Below, one piece after another: positions 1 to 11,200 of a stretch of 64,000 nucleotides of DNA. The stretch spans positions 9,920,001 to 9,984,000 of the forward strand of contig OZ231126.1 of the NCBI GenBank assembly GCA_965153355.1, in the 5' to 3' direction. Below the pieces are notes generated by a model. It worked only from the letters and a program-made list of their open reading frames with translations, was not told where the DNA came from and searched no databases. Made by a program: the position numbers and the translations under genes. Source of the stretch: Flaccisagitta enflata (taxonomy: Eukaryota). Each line of letters begins with the position of its first letter. The first letter of the stretch is position 1.

Positions 1-94
1 GAACTACTCTTATCACTCATGTCCACATAATCCATATTACAGCATTACCAATTCATCAGCTTAGTTCATCCTCACACTTGAACTTAAATCTCAC

Positions 95-224
95 CAAGAA
101 ATCCTCCGAGGATGGTGCCCCATTCGGTGGCAGCCAACGGCACTTTGTACAATTGCATTCCGGCAAACACGATCATCGTCAGAGTTATGGACAAAATGAA
201 ACTGTTATACGAGCTCACCGCCAT
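95..224 (-). CDS. KRTCAP2: Keratinocyte-associated protein 2 (OST complex subunit KCP2), first coding exon; gene continues beyond the window start
   Basis: Manual translation MAVSSYNSFILSITLTMIVFAGMQLYKVPLAATEWGTILGGFLG resembles the KRTCAP2 N-terminus as I recall it (LFAGMQMY..LASTEWLTI.GG.LG). Ends at a G|GTGAG donor at 94. A T-rich acceptor (TTTTTTTTTTTCAG) lies ~40 nt upstream of the ATG. Not in the ORF track. Confidence 0.85.
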
Positions 225-730
225 TTTTACGTTTTTTCGCTTTTTCTTTTTTGATAAATCGGCCTGAAAAAAAAAAACAAATAACGCGCGAAAATGAAGG
301 CTCAGATTGAGTGTATCTAGTATTCTAGTAGCGTAAAAGAAAGATTTTTTTTTCTTCAGTCTAAAAAGTAAAAGAAACTAAGTAAGACCCAGAAATCAGT
401 CTGTCGACAAGAAACTTCGTTGGAGTTGAAAAAAAAACGGAATATCGAAATGTAAAGCGAGTAAAAGATGTGTATAAACTTCTATGAACTCTGTGATATA
501 AACTTCTATGAACTCTGTGATAGAAAATCGAACAAACGTAGAAAATCGAACAAACGTTGGTATAATTGTACACCTAAAAGGTAAAAAGAAACGATGTGTT
601 TTACAAAAATACGAAAATACACAATGGTTGCGACTTAAGACACGCCTAATCATTGAACGTTTCTATCAAAATCTCACAACTCATCTCGGCACATCACGTC
701 CTGCATCATCTCTTAAAAGTTAGTTTCCTA

Positions 731-1332
731 CAGTGGGGTTCGTGGAATAACAGCCTAAACTGGAGGAAGGTATTTAAGTGTCTTAATTTCATTTGACAAA
801 CTTGATATTTGAAATGTAAGTTGTTCATTCGATGTTTTTGTCCCTGAGTTTGTCGGTTGCTATGGAAACCAAAATTATTTTTTCAAACATTTATAACTAC
901 TAAAACATCAATATTTTGAGAAATATTGTCAGGGAACATTGCTCAAAATCAAATTTACTACAACTTTCCCACAGTATGTTTTGTAAGAATATTGCTCGTT
1001 TGGCCCTTGCTAGTGGGCATCACACCTAGCAACCGCTAAATGATGCTCCCTAGCAACGGCTAAACAAGCAATATTCTTACAGGACATACTGTGGGAAAGT
1101 TGTAGCAAATTTAATTCTGAGCAATGTTCCCTGATAATATTTGTCAAAATATTGATATTCTAGTTGTTATAAATGTTCAAAAAAATGATTTTGGTTTCCA
1201 TAGCAACCAAAAAACTCAGGGACAAAAGCATCAAGTGAACAATTTATATTTCAAATATCAAGTTTGTCAAATAATATTAAGACACTAAAATACCTTCCTC
1301 CAGTTTAGGCTGTTATTCCACGAACCCCACTG
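731..1332. mobile_element. Tc1/mariner-type foldback MITE (602 bp, almost fully palindromic)
   Basis: TA|CAGTGGGGTTCGTGGAATAACAGCC...GGCTGTTATTCCACGAACCCCACTG|TA. TA duplication at 729-730 and 1333-1334. Arms of ~280 bp are reverse complements. Confidence 0.9.
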
Positions 1333-1393
1333 TACTTGAAAGAAGTTTACAGACGCAATCACTCTCCGCCAATCGCGGGTGTTAAACGCAGAA

Positions 1394-4300
1394 TCATTCA
1401 TCGGTGTGGCTTCTCTTGTGAACGTGTAAATTGTCAGATCGATAAAAAGTTTTCTCGCATCTGTCACACTGAAATAGTTTGTCTCCATTGTGTATTCTCT
1501 CATGCCTGCGAAAACTTTTTCGACCATAAAATTCTTTGCCGCATGCATTGCACTTGAAGGGTTTTTCCCCAGTGTGAAGTCTCACGTGCTCGTGTAAATG
1601 GCGTGCACGAATAAAAGCTTTATCGCACTTGTCACACTTGTGGGGTTTTTCACCAGTGTGAATCATTGTGTGTTCCCGCAAATGGCTGGAGTGACCAAAA
1701 GCTTTTGGACAATGGTCACACTTAAATGGTTTCTCGCCCGTATGAATCCTTTTGTGAACTCGTAAATAGCCCAATTGGGAAAATGCTTTACTACATTGAT
1801 CACACTTGTATGGCTTTTCTCCTGAGTGGTAAATCCTCTTATGAGACAGCAAACTGATGGACTGTGCAAAAGCTTTTTCACATTGATTACACGCATATGG
1901 CTTTTCTCTGGTATGAATTTTCACATGTCTACGCAAATTGCTAGCATTAGTAAAAGCCTTGTCACACTGGACACACTTGTGTGGTTTTTCACCTGTGTGA
2001 ATTCTGCTATGCCGGCGACAATCGCTTGAACTCGCAAAAGCTTTATGACATTGGTCACACTGAAAAGGTTTTTCTCCAGTATGGTTTCTTAAATGCTTGC
2101 GAAAGCTACTTCCATCAGAAAATTCTTTGCTACATGAATGGCACTTGTGAGGTTTGTCACCTGTGTGAATTTTTTTGTGTCTGCGTAAATGGCTCGACTG
2201 TGCAAAAACTTTTTGACATTGGTCACACTTAAATGGTTTTTCTCCAGTATGAATTCTCATGTGTAGACGTAATTTGCTTGCACAAAAAAAAGCCTTATCA
2301 CACTTGTCACACTTGTGTGGTTTTTCACCTGTATGAAGTTTGGCATGTAAACGTAAATTGCTCCGTCGTGCAAAAGCCTTTGGACATTGGTCGCACTGGA
2401 ATGGTTTATCTTCAGTATGAATTCTCACATGTTCACGTAAATAGCTTGCACAAATAAAAGCTTTATCACACTTGTCACACTTGTATGGTTTTTCACCAGT
2501 GTGAATCCTTTGGTGAACTCGAAAATGACTTGAACGTGCAAAAACTTTTGGACATTGGTTGCACTGAAATGGCCGTTCTCCAGTATGAATTCTCATGTGC
2601 TCATGCATTTTGCTTGCACAAGTAAAAGCTTTATCACATTTGTCACACTTGAGGGGATTTTCACCTGTGTGAATCTTTTGGTGAGCTTGAAAATGTCTTG
2701 AGCATGCAAAAGCTTCTGGGCATAGGTCACACTTGAATGTTTTTTCCCCAGTATGAATTCTCATGTGTAAACATAAATGGCTTGGACGAGTAAAAGCTTT
2801 ATCACACTTGTCACATTTGTGTGGTTTTTCACCCGTGTGAATCCTTTGGTGCTCTTGAAAGCGACTGGAACATACAAAAGCATTTAGACATTGATCACAC
2901 TTGAATGGTTTTTCTCCTGTATGAAGTTTGGCATGTAAACGGAAATTGCTCCGATGAGCAAAAGCCTTTGGACATTGGTCGCACTGGAATAGTTTTCCTT
3001 CAGTATGACTTTTCACATGTGCACGTAAATAGCTTGCACAAATAAAAGCTTCATCACATTTGTCACACTTGTATGGTTTTTCACCAGTGTGAATCCTTTG
3101 GTGAAATCGCAAATCACTTGAACGTGCAAAAGCTTTTGGACATTGGTTACACTGAAATGGCCGTTCTCCAGTATGAATTCTCATGTGCTCATGCAATTTG
3201 CTTGCACAAGTAAAAGCTTTATCACATTTGTCGCACTTGTGTGGTTTTTCACCTGTGTGAATCCTCCGGTGAGCTCGTAAATAACTTAAGCATGCAAAGG
3301 CTTTTTGACATTGGTCGCACTGGAATAGTTTTTCTCCAGTGTGAATTTTCATGTGCTCAGTTAGTCTGTAAGCACGATTAAAAGCTTTATCACATTTGTC
3401 ACACTTGAAGGGTTTCTCACCTGTGTGAATCCTCTGGTGCTCTCGAAAATGGCCCAGGCGTGCAAAAGCTTTTTGACATTGGTCACACTTGAATGGTTTT
3501 TCTCCAGTATGAATTCTCATATGGTCACGTAAATGACTTGTGCAAGTGAAAGCTTTATCACATCTGTCACACTTATATGATTTTTCGCCTGTGTGAATTT
3601 TCATATGCACCTCTAAGTCACTTGATAGACTGAAACCTTTTTCACATACTTGACATTTGAATGGTCCTTCAACGGAGTGAATTTTCACATGCCTGCAAAA
3701 TGCCCCCTGGTCTGAGAATTCTTCGCCGCATTTTTTGCACTCCCAGGATTTTAACTCAAAGTGACTCTTTTCATGAGCTTGTAAATCACACAATTGGGTG
3801 AGTGCTGCTTTCTCATATTGGTCACACGTATTCTGCTTTTCTCGAGAGTGAATTCTCAAGTAATTTTTCCTCGTAGGAATCTCTCCAGTGTGAAATCTCA
3901 TGTGTACGCGTAAATGAAAATGGTGAGCGAATCCTTTGTGGCATTGATTGCATTTAAAGGCCCTTAGACATTGGTGAATCCTCTTGTGACGTTGTAAATG
4001 GTGTGATGTAGGAAAGGCTTTTTTACATTGGCTGCACTTAAACAGCTTTTTGTCCACATGAATTCCTTTATGAGCTTTTAAATTTCCCAAGTGAGTAAAT
4101 GCGTTTTCACCTCGGTCACAATTAAAAGGCTTTTCTCCAGTGTGAATATTCATATGACCCCTTAAATTCCTTGATTTAGCAAAGGCTTTCTCACATTTAT
4201 TGCACTTAAATGGTTTTAACTTTGCATGAAACTTCACGTGCCCGTTAAAGCTCCTATAATCAGTGAAGTCCTTACCGCATTGACCGCACTTGTGGGGTTT

Positions 4301-7300
4301 ATGGATTGTAACATGCCTGCTAAATGTACAAAGGTCTGAGAATTCTTTACTGCAAAAACTACACTTGTAGGGTTTAACTCCTCTGTGAACCCTTTTATGA
4401 ATAAGTAATCTGCTTAAGAGAGTGAACGCTTTTGGACATTGGTCACACTGAAATGATTTTTCACCAGAGTGAATTCTCATATGAGCTCGTAAATTTCCCA
4501 GGTGAGCAAATGCTTTTTCACACTGGTTGCATGTATGCGGCTTCTCTCTGGTGTGAATTCTCATATGTCTCCTTAAAGTGCTTGATTGATTGAAAGCATT
4601 TCCACACTGTTTACATTTGTAGGGCTTCCCTCCAGTGTGAATCCTCTTATGAGCTTGTAAACCACTCCGGAGAGCAAATGCTTTTTCACATCGACCACAC
4701 TTAAACGGTTTTTCTCCGGTGTGAGTTCTCATGTGCCCCTTTAAAATACTTGACTGACTAAAAGCTTTTTTACACAGTTTACATTTGTAGGGTTTCAATC
4801 GAGCTCCAGTGTGAATTTTCTCATGAACTCGTAGATTGCCCGGTTGAGCAAATGCTTTTCCACACTGGTTGCACTTAAAAGGCTTTTCTCCCGTGCGAGT
4901 TCTTATGTGCCCCTTCAATGAACTCAATTGAGTAAAGGCTTCTTCACATTCTAAACACCTGAAAGGTGTTAATCCAGCGTGAATTCTCTCATGATGGTGA
5001 AGATTACTAGAGTTGGAGATTTCCTTGTTGCATTCACTGCATTTATGGAGAGTTTTCCGTGTTTGTATTTCCATGCGTTTCTTGTTGCGGACACGGCGGT
5101 GATCAGCCATTTGAACTGCATCATCGCCGATTGATTGTTCTCTGGAGTCATCTTGCTCAATGATGGGACCATCGCTCTCCGTCATAAGTGTTTCCTCACT
5201 CTTGACTTGGTTCATCACCAATGAAGATGACGACATTTTGGCAACTGGCGCCTGTAATGATGACAATGACGGATATGGAATAAGCTGGGACGAAGAAGTG
5301 AGTAAGTTAGATCGGCCATTCTTCCCGTTATCTGTCTGACAAACGATTCTTTGATTTCTTGTCTGTGAGGTAATGGCGCACTTGCGCTTTGCTCTGATAT
5401 TATTGTCATTGCCCACTTCCACCAGATTTTTTTCATTCTTTGACTGCAAGGTCGCTTTGGGCAGGTTCTTTGCTCGGTTGTCATCCTCGCTCTCTTTCCT
5501 TACATCTTTTCTCATCTTCGAGGAAGTGGTCACGGCACCATTGCGGCCTGATCTAATGGTCTCACTGCCCAATTCTCTCAAATTTCTTTTAGTCTTTGAC
5601 TGTGCGGTCATGGGGCAGTTACCCTTTCCTCTCGCCTCTTTTTCGACTTCAGATTGAATAGCACTGGTAAATTTTTGCTTGGAATGAGTGTTCTTTCCTT
5701 CATTTTCTCCTTTCTTCTTCGACTTCAAGGTCCCAACACTATTTTTGTTATTGCCCTCTTCTCTCGCTTCTCTCTCAACTTTAACTTGGATAGCACCGGA
5801 ATATGTTTGCTTGGAATGGATGTTCTTTCTATTAACAGCCTTTGTGACATCTCCATTCTTCGATTGTGCGTTGACAGCGCGATTGTTTTTTTCATTGCCA
5901 TCTTTACTCACATCTCGTTCATTATTTATCTGGATAGCTCTGGTAGATTTCTCCTTGGAACGGATGTTCTTTTCGTTATCGGCCCTTGTAACATTTTCAT
6001 TGCTCGAATGTGAGTTCTCGGCACAATTATTTATGTCATCGCCATCATCATTCCCATCTCTCTCAATCTTAATTTGGATAGCATCGGTAGAATTTTGCTG
6101 AGAATGAATAACATTTCCATTATCTGCTCTACTTTTATTTCTTTCATTCTCCGATTGTGAGGTCATGGCATAGTTGTTTATGTCATTGCCATTACCGACT
6201 TCTATCACATCTTTCTCAACTTTTATTTGGACGTTGTTGGTAGATTTTTGCTTGGACTGAATTTCCTTACTTTTGTTTCCTTCCTTCTTCGGCTGTGAGG
6301 TAACGGCACCATAGTTTTTGTCATTGTCATTGTCATCCTCACGCCCATCTCTTTCGACTTTTACTTGGATAGCAGAAGTAAATTTTGGCTTTAGATGAAT
6401 GTTCATTCCATTATTTGCCTTACCTTTTATGGCACAATTGTTTTTGACATTGCCATTGCCATCCTTTCTCACAGCTCTTTCAACTTTTTTTTGGAAAGCA
6501 TTGGTAGATTTTGGCTTGGTTTGAATGTTCCTTCCCTTATCTGCCCCAACTTCGTTCCCTTCATTGCTTGATTGTGTGGTCACGACACAATTGTTAATGT
6601 CATTGACATCTTCTGTGGCATCTCTCTCAACTTTTATTTGAACCTTGTTGGCATATTTTGGCCTGGAATAAATGTTCTTTCCATTATCTGTCCATCTTAT
6701 ATTTCCTTCATTCTTCGATTGTGAGGTCACAGCACCATTGATTTTGTCAGGGCCTGCTCTCGCGTCTCTTTCTACCTTGATGTTGGAACTACTGGCACTT
6801 TCGAGCTTGGGCTGGATGTTTTCATTATTTGCCCCACTTAAACTTCTTTCGCTCTTTGACTGAGAGGTCACCGCGCACTTACGCTTCACTCTCACGATCT
6901 TGACATGGTCCTCCTTTCTCGAATCTTCTGTCTTTGACGGATCAATCCTAGCACTTTGGCGAATTGACGTAACGATTGTCTCTTTACCCACTGTTCCCAC
7001 AACACTTCCATTCTGTGATTGAGAGGTAACGGCGCTCTTGCGCTTTGCTCTGATGGTTTTGATATCCTCCTGCACGTATTTCTCAACCTTTATCTCCGCA
7101 GTTCTGGGGATGTTTCGCTTTGACAAGTTCTTCTCCTTATCTGCCCTACTTGCATCACTTTTCTTGGACTCGGCACGCACGGTGCACTTGCGGTTTGATC
7201 GAGTAGTTGTCACGTTACCAACTTCTCCCGTGTCTGTTCGAATCTTTGGCCGAACAGGCGAGGCGCATTTTGACGCTGATTGGTGTTTAGATACATGATC

Positions 7301-7834
7301 CACATCACCCACGTCACTTTCAATCTTTGGCTGGATAGGCAGGGGGGATACTTGCTTTGCTTTCACGCTGGTGTCGCAGTTCAAGTCTCTTCTATCTCCG
7401 TCAGTTTTTGTCTGCGAGGTCTCAGCGCGGTTACGATTCAATCGGACGTTTGTCACACTGACCGCGTCCCTCTCAATCTTTGGTTGAACAGGAAAGACGC
7501 GCTTTTGGTTTGATCGGACGTTTGTCACACTGACCACGTCCCTCTCAATCTTGGGTTGAACCGGAAAGATGCGTTCATGGTTTGATGGGATGTTTGTCTC
7601 TTTGGCCACCTCCCTCTCATCCCTTTCGATTTTAACCGTCACCTGAGACTGCGTGTTCTCATTAGACTTATGCGTCGCTTGGGATCGCGTGATAACCGCG
7701 TAGGGCGGTTCTCCTTCCTCTCTTTCTATCTTTGGCAAAACAGGCGAGGCGCATTTTGGCTCTGACTGACTCGTCTTCGCTTTTTCCGCATCCCTCATCT
7801 TAATCTTTTTCTTGCTTCTCATCATCTCATTCAT
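1394..7834 (-). CDS. Intronless multi-C2H2 zinc-finger protein (2146 aa, ~40 Kruppel-type fingers, long repetitive N-terminus)
   Basis: Single ORF. Tandem CxxC-x12-HxxxH fingers with TGEKP linkers from about aa 930 to the end. N-terminal half is built of degenerate repeats containing (I/V/P)K(V/I)E(R/K). Confidence 0.93.
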   Translation of the reverse strand: MNEMMRSKKKIKMRDAEKAKTSQSEPKCASPVLPKIEREEGEPPYAVITRSQATHKSNENTQSQVTVKIERDEREVAKETNIPSNHERIFPVQPKIERDVVSVTNVRSNQKRVFPVQPKIERDAVSVTNVRLNRNRAETSQTKTDGDRRDLNCDTSVKAKQVSPLPIQPKIESDVGDVDHVSKHQSASKCASPVRPKIRTDTGEVGNVTTTRSNRKCTVRAESKKSDASRADKEKNLSKRNIPRTAEIKVEKYVQEDIKTIRAKRKSAVTSQSQNGSVVGTVGKETIVTSIRQSARIDPSKTEDSRKEDHVKIVRVKRKCAVTSQSKSERSLSGANNENIQPKLESASSSNIKVERDARAGPDKINGAVTSQSKNEGNIRWTDNGKNIYSRPKYANKVQIKVERDATEDVNDINNCVVTTQSSNEGNEVGADKGRNIQTKPKSTNAFQKKVERAVRKDGNGNVKNNCAIKGKANNGMNIHLKPKFTSAIQVKVERDGREDDNDNDKNYGAVTSQPKKEGNKSKEIQSKQKSTNNVQIKVEKDVIEVGNGNDINNYAMTSQSENERNKSRADNGNVIHSQQNSTDAIQIKIERDGNDDGDDINNCAENSHSSNENVTRADNEKNIRSKEKSTRAIQINNERDVSKDGNEKNNRAVNAQSKNGDVTKAVNRKNIHSKQTYSGAIQVKVEREAREEGNNKNSVGTLKSKKKGENEGKNTHSKQKFTSAIQSEVEKEARGKGNCPMTAQSKTKRNLRELGSETIRSGRNGAVTTSSKMRKDVRKESEDDNRAKNLPKATLQSKNEKNLVEVGNDNNIRAKRKCAITSQTRNQRIVCQTDNGKNGRSNLLTSSSQLIPYPSLSSLQAPVAKMSSSSLVMNQVKSEETLMTESDGPIIEQDDSREQSIGDDAVQMADHRRVRNKKRMEIQTRKTLHKCSECNKEISNSSNLHHHERIHAGLTPFRCLECEEAFTQLSSLKGHIRTRTGEKPFKCNQCGKAFAQPGNLRVHEKIHTGARLKPYKCKLCKKAFSQSSILKGHMRTHTGEKPFKCGRCEKAFALRSGLQAHKRIHTGGKPYKCKQCGNAFNQSSTLRRHMRIHTREKPHTCNQCEKAFAHLGNLRAHMRIHSGEKSFQCDQCPKAFTLLSRLLIHKRVHRGVKPYKCSFCSKEFSDLCTFSRHVTIHKPHKCGQCGKDFTDYRSFNGHVKFHAKLKPFKCNKCEKAFAKSRNLRGHMNIHTGEKPFNCDRGENAFTHLGNLKAHKGIHVDKKLFKCSQCKKAFPTSHHLQRHKRIHQCLRAFKCNQCHKGFAHHFHLRVHMRFHTGEIPTRKNYLRIHSREKQNTCDQYEKAALTQLCDLQAHEKSHFELKSWECKKCGEEFSDQGAFCRHVKIHSVEGPFKCQVCEKGFSLSSDLEVHMKIHTGEKSYKCDRCDKAFTCTSHLRDHMRIHTGEKPFKCDQCQKAFARLGHFREHQRIHTGEKPFKCDKCDKAFNRAYRLTEHMKIHTGEKLFQCDQCQKAFACLSYLRAHRRIHTGEKPHKCDKCDKAFTCASKLHEHMRIHTGERPFQCNQCPKAFARSSDLRFHQRIHTGEKPYKCDKCDEAFICASYLRAHVKSHTEGKLFQCDQCPKAFAHRSNFRLHAKLHTGEKPFKCDQCLNAFVCSSRFQEHQRIHTGEKPHKCDKCDKAFTRPSHLCLHMRIHTGEKTFKCDLCPEAFACSRHFQAHQKIHTGENPLKCDKCDKAFTCASKMHEHMRIHTGERPFQCNQCPKVFARSSHFRVHQRIHTGEKPYKCDKCDKAFICASYLREHVRIHTEDKPFQCDQCPKAFARRSNLRLHAKLHTGEKPHKCDKCDKAFFCASKLRLHMRIHTGEKPFKCDQCQKVFAQSSHLRRHKKIHTGDKPHKCHSCSKEFSDGSSFRKHLRNHTGEKPFQCDQCHKAFASSSDCRRHSRIHTGEKPHKCVQCDKAFTNASNLRRHVKIHTREKPYACNQCEKAFAQSISLLSHKRIYHSGEKPYKCDQCSKAFSQLGYLRVHKRIHTGEKPFKCDHCPKAFGHSSHLREHTMIHTGEKPHKCDKCDKAFIRARHLHEHVRLHTGEKPFKCNACGKEFYGRKSFRRHERIHNGDKLFQCDRCEKTFYRSDNLHVHKRSHTDE

Positions 7835-8207
7835 TGAGCATTCCCGCTCGCCCTAACAGCGGGCATAGTGTGGAAAGAACTCGATTATACTAGAGTGGAA
7901 TAATTCAACACTGGAGTCTCTTTGAAGCGAATAATCAACAATAACCGCAGTTAAGACGAATCGTCCCGTTACTAGGACGCTTGTCTCCGAATATAGGACA
8001 GCTGCTTTGAACTATGTACCTATAAGACGTAGGAAATAGATTCAGTTCAAAGAAAATTTGATAGACCATTAAATAAATCAATGCGTAATCGTATTGCACA
8101 CGAGATTCTTTCTAATTGCAAATAAATAAAACTAAGAAATTTGCGCAGAGCAGGTTCGTCAAAAAGAGATCAACGCGAAATTAATATGTAAACAGCATCA
8201 CGATTCT

Positions 8208-11200
8208 TTACCCCGTCCCATTCACACTTCCAGCCCCCATCTCAACTCCCATCAGATTCAAGTCGTCAAACCCCAAATTCGGTTCAGACGTGCGCCCCAT
8301 CGTTTTTGCACTAGCTCCCATAACATTCAACGTATCAATGCCGACATTCGGTTCAGACGATAACCCTATCGTTTCTGCACTAGCTCCCATAACATTCAAC
8401 ATATCAATGCCGACATTCGGTTCAGACGATAACCCTATCGTTTCTGCACTAGCTCCCATAACATTCAACGTATCAATGCCGACATTCGGTTCAGACGATA
8501 ACCCTATCATTTCTTTACTGGCCCCTATGACGATCAAATTATCAGTCCTCACATTGGGTTCAGTCGGCACTTTGCCCATTTTCTCCAAATAACCATATCT
8601 CAGTCTAACTGAAAATCGATCTCGAGATTCGTGAAATTTGTCTTTATATTTCTCCAAAATTTCCTTCCATTTTCCTTTGCCAAATTCGGCCACTCCTTCG
8701 CGCAAAAAGTCGTCTTCCACTTTGGTCCATTTGCGCAGGATTCGGATTTTCCTCGGCGCTCCTCCTCCTCCTCCTCCTCCTCCATCTTGGCCTCCGTCTT
8801 GGCCGCCCATCGGTTTGGCCCCGTGTAACACGACGTGTTTCTCGTAAATCTCCCGATGATTGAAGGATTTTGTGCAGCCTGGGTGTTGGCAGGGAAACAG
8901 CTTTTGCGTCGGCGGCGTCCAGAATTTGGTCGACGACCTCTTGGACGATTCGTGATGTCGGCCGATGTGAGCGTGGAGACTCTCCTTGTTCGGAGAGGAG
9001 AAAGTGCAAGCGTGACAATGGAACATTCCATGAGTGGAAGTCTTGTGCTCTAACATGGCTTCTTTGGTATCGAATTTCAACGGACAAACGCGGCAATGGA
9101 AAGCGCCTGGGAATGACAAAAGAAAATAAAAAAAGCTTCAAAATTACAGGACTGTAATTATTGAAGCTTTCTCGTCGCGCAAACGCGACTCGAGAAGATA
9201 CACAACGCATATCCATAATAGCATATCTTGAAATCTTTGATGGCATACCTTGAAGTCCATGATGGCATACCTTGAAGTCCATGATGGCATACCTTGAAGT
9301 CCATGATGGCATACCTTGAAGTCCATGATGGCATACCCTGAAATCTATGATGGCATACCCTGAAATCTATGATGGCATACCCTGAAATCTATGATGGCAA
9401 ACCTTGAAGTCTATGATGGCAAACCTTGAAGTCTATGATGGCATACCTAGAAATCTATGATGGCACACCTTGAAAGAAAGAAAAATTCAAAAAAAAAATT
9501 AAGAAAAAAAGAATTCAAAAAAAAAAAAAAAAAAAAAATTCAAAAAAAAAAAAAAAAAAAAAATTCAAAACAAAATTGCTTTAGTCCTAGTAACATATTA
9601 CTACATAAGCTAATATCTCATAAACCAGACTTCAGATTTATTTCGAATTTTGCAGGGGCTTGTCACTTGTTTACCAAATTAGAAAAAAATTCACATACCT
9701 TCACTACCCTTTGCCTATGTAAATTGTTGTTTTGTTTTGTTATTTTGTTGTTTTGTATAGTTTTGTTATTTTGTTGTTTTGTATTGTTTTGTTATTTTGT
9801 TGTTTTGTATTGTTTTGTTATTTTGTTGTTTTGTATTGTTTTGAAGTTTAGCTGTCATCGTAGTTGTCGTGTCGTTGTTGTCGTGTCGTTGTTGTTGTCG
9901 TGTCGTTGTTGTTGTTGTCGTGTCGTTGTTGTTGTTGTCGTGTCGTTGTTGTTCTTGTTGTGTCGTTGTCGTGTCGTGTCTGTTGTTGTAGTGTCGTTGT
10001 TGTTGTCGTGTCGTTGTTGTCGTGTCGTTGTTGTTGTGTCGTGTTGTCTTGTCGTGTCGTTGTCTTGTTGTGTCATTGCTTGTCGTGTCTGCTGTTGTTG
10101 TGTCTTGTCGTCTTGTTGTGTTGTTGTGTTGTTGTGTCGTTGTCTTGTTGTGTCATTGTTGTCGTCGTGTCATTGTTGTCTTGTTGTGCTGTTGTCTTGT
10201 CGTGTCATTGTTGTCTTGTCGTGGTCGCTGTTGTTGTCGTGTCGCTGTTGCTGTTGTTGTCGTAAGCGCTTTGTTGTGTGTGTTGTTGCTGTGGTCGTTG
10301 TTGCTGTTGTGTTGTTGTTGTTGTTAAATTGTGGTTGTGTCGTGTCGCTGTTGTTGTTGCCGTGTCGTTGCTTTGTCGTGTCGCTGTGTTGTCGTGGTGG
10401 TGTCATGTCGTGTCGTTGTTGTCGTGTCGTTGCTGTTGTGTCGTTGTTGTCGTGTCGTGTTGTTGTGGAGTGTGGTTGTTGTTGTCGTGGTTGTTGTCGT
10501 TGTTGTTGTCGTGTCGTGTTTTTTTGTGCCTTATCGTTGTTGTTGTGTTGGTCGTGTCGGTGTTGTGTTGTTGTCGTTGTTGTGGTCTTGGTTGTGGTGT
10601 GCGTTGTCGTGTCGTTGTTGTTGTGTCGTTGTTGTTGTTGTTGTGTTGTTGTTGTCTTGTTGTGTTGTTGTTGTCTTGTTGTGTTGTTGTTGTCTTGTTG
10701 TGTCATTGTTGTCTTGTCGTGTCATTGTTGTCTTGTCGTGTCATTGTTGTCTTGTCGTGTCATTGTTGTCTTGTCGTGTCATTGTTGTCTTGTCGTGTCA
10801 TTGTTGTCTTGTCGTGTCATTGTTGTCTTGTCGTGTCATTGTTGTCTTGTGATGTTGTTGTGTTGTGTAGTTGGTGTCTTGTTGTTCGTTGTTGTTTGTC
10901 GTTGTTGTCTTGTCGTGTCATTGTTGTTGTTGTGTCATTGTTGTCTTGTTGTGTCATTGTTGTCTTGTCGTGTGTTTGTTGTTGTTGTGTCATTGTTGTC
11001 TTGTTGTGTTGTTGTTGTCATTGTTGTTGTTGTTGTTCTTGTCGTGTCATTGTTGTCTTGTCGTGTCATTGTTGTCTTGTCGTGTCATTGTTGTCTTGTC
11101 GTGTCATTGTTGTCTTGTCGTGTCATTGTTGTCTTGTCGTATCATTGTTGTCTTGTCATGTCATTGTTGTCTTGTTGTGTCATTGTTGTCATGTTGTTGT

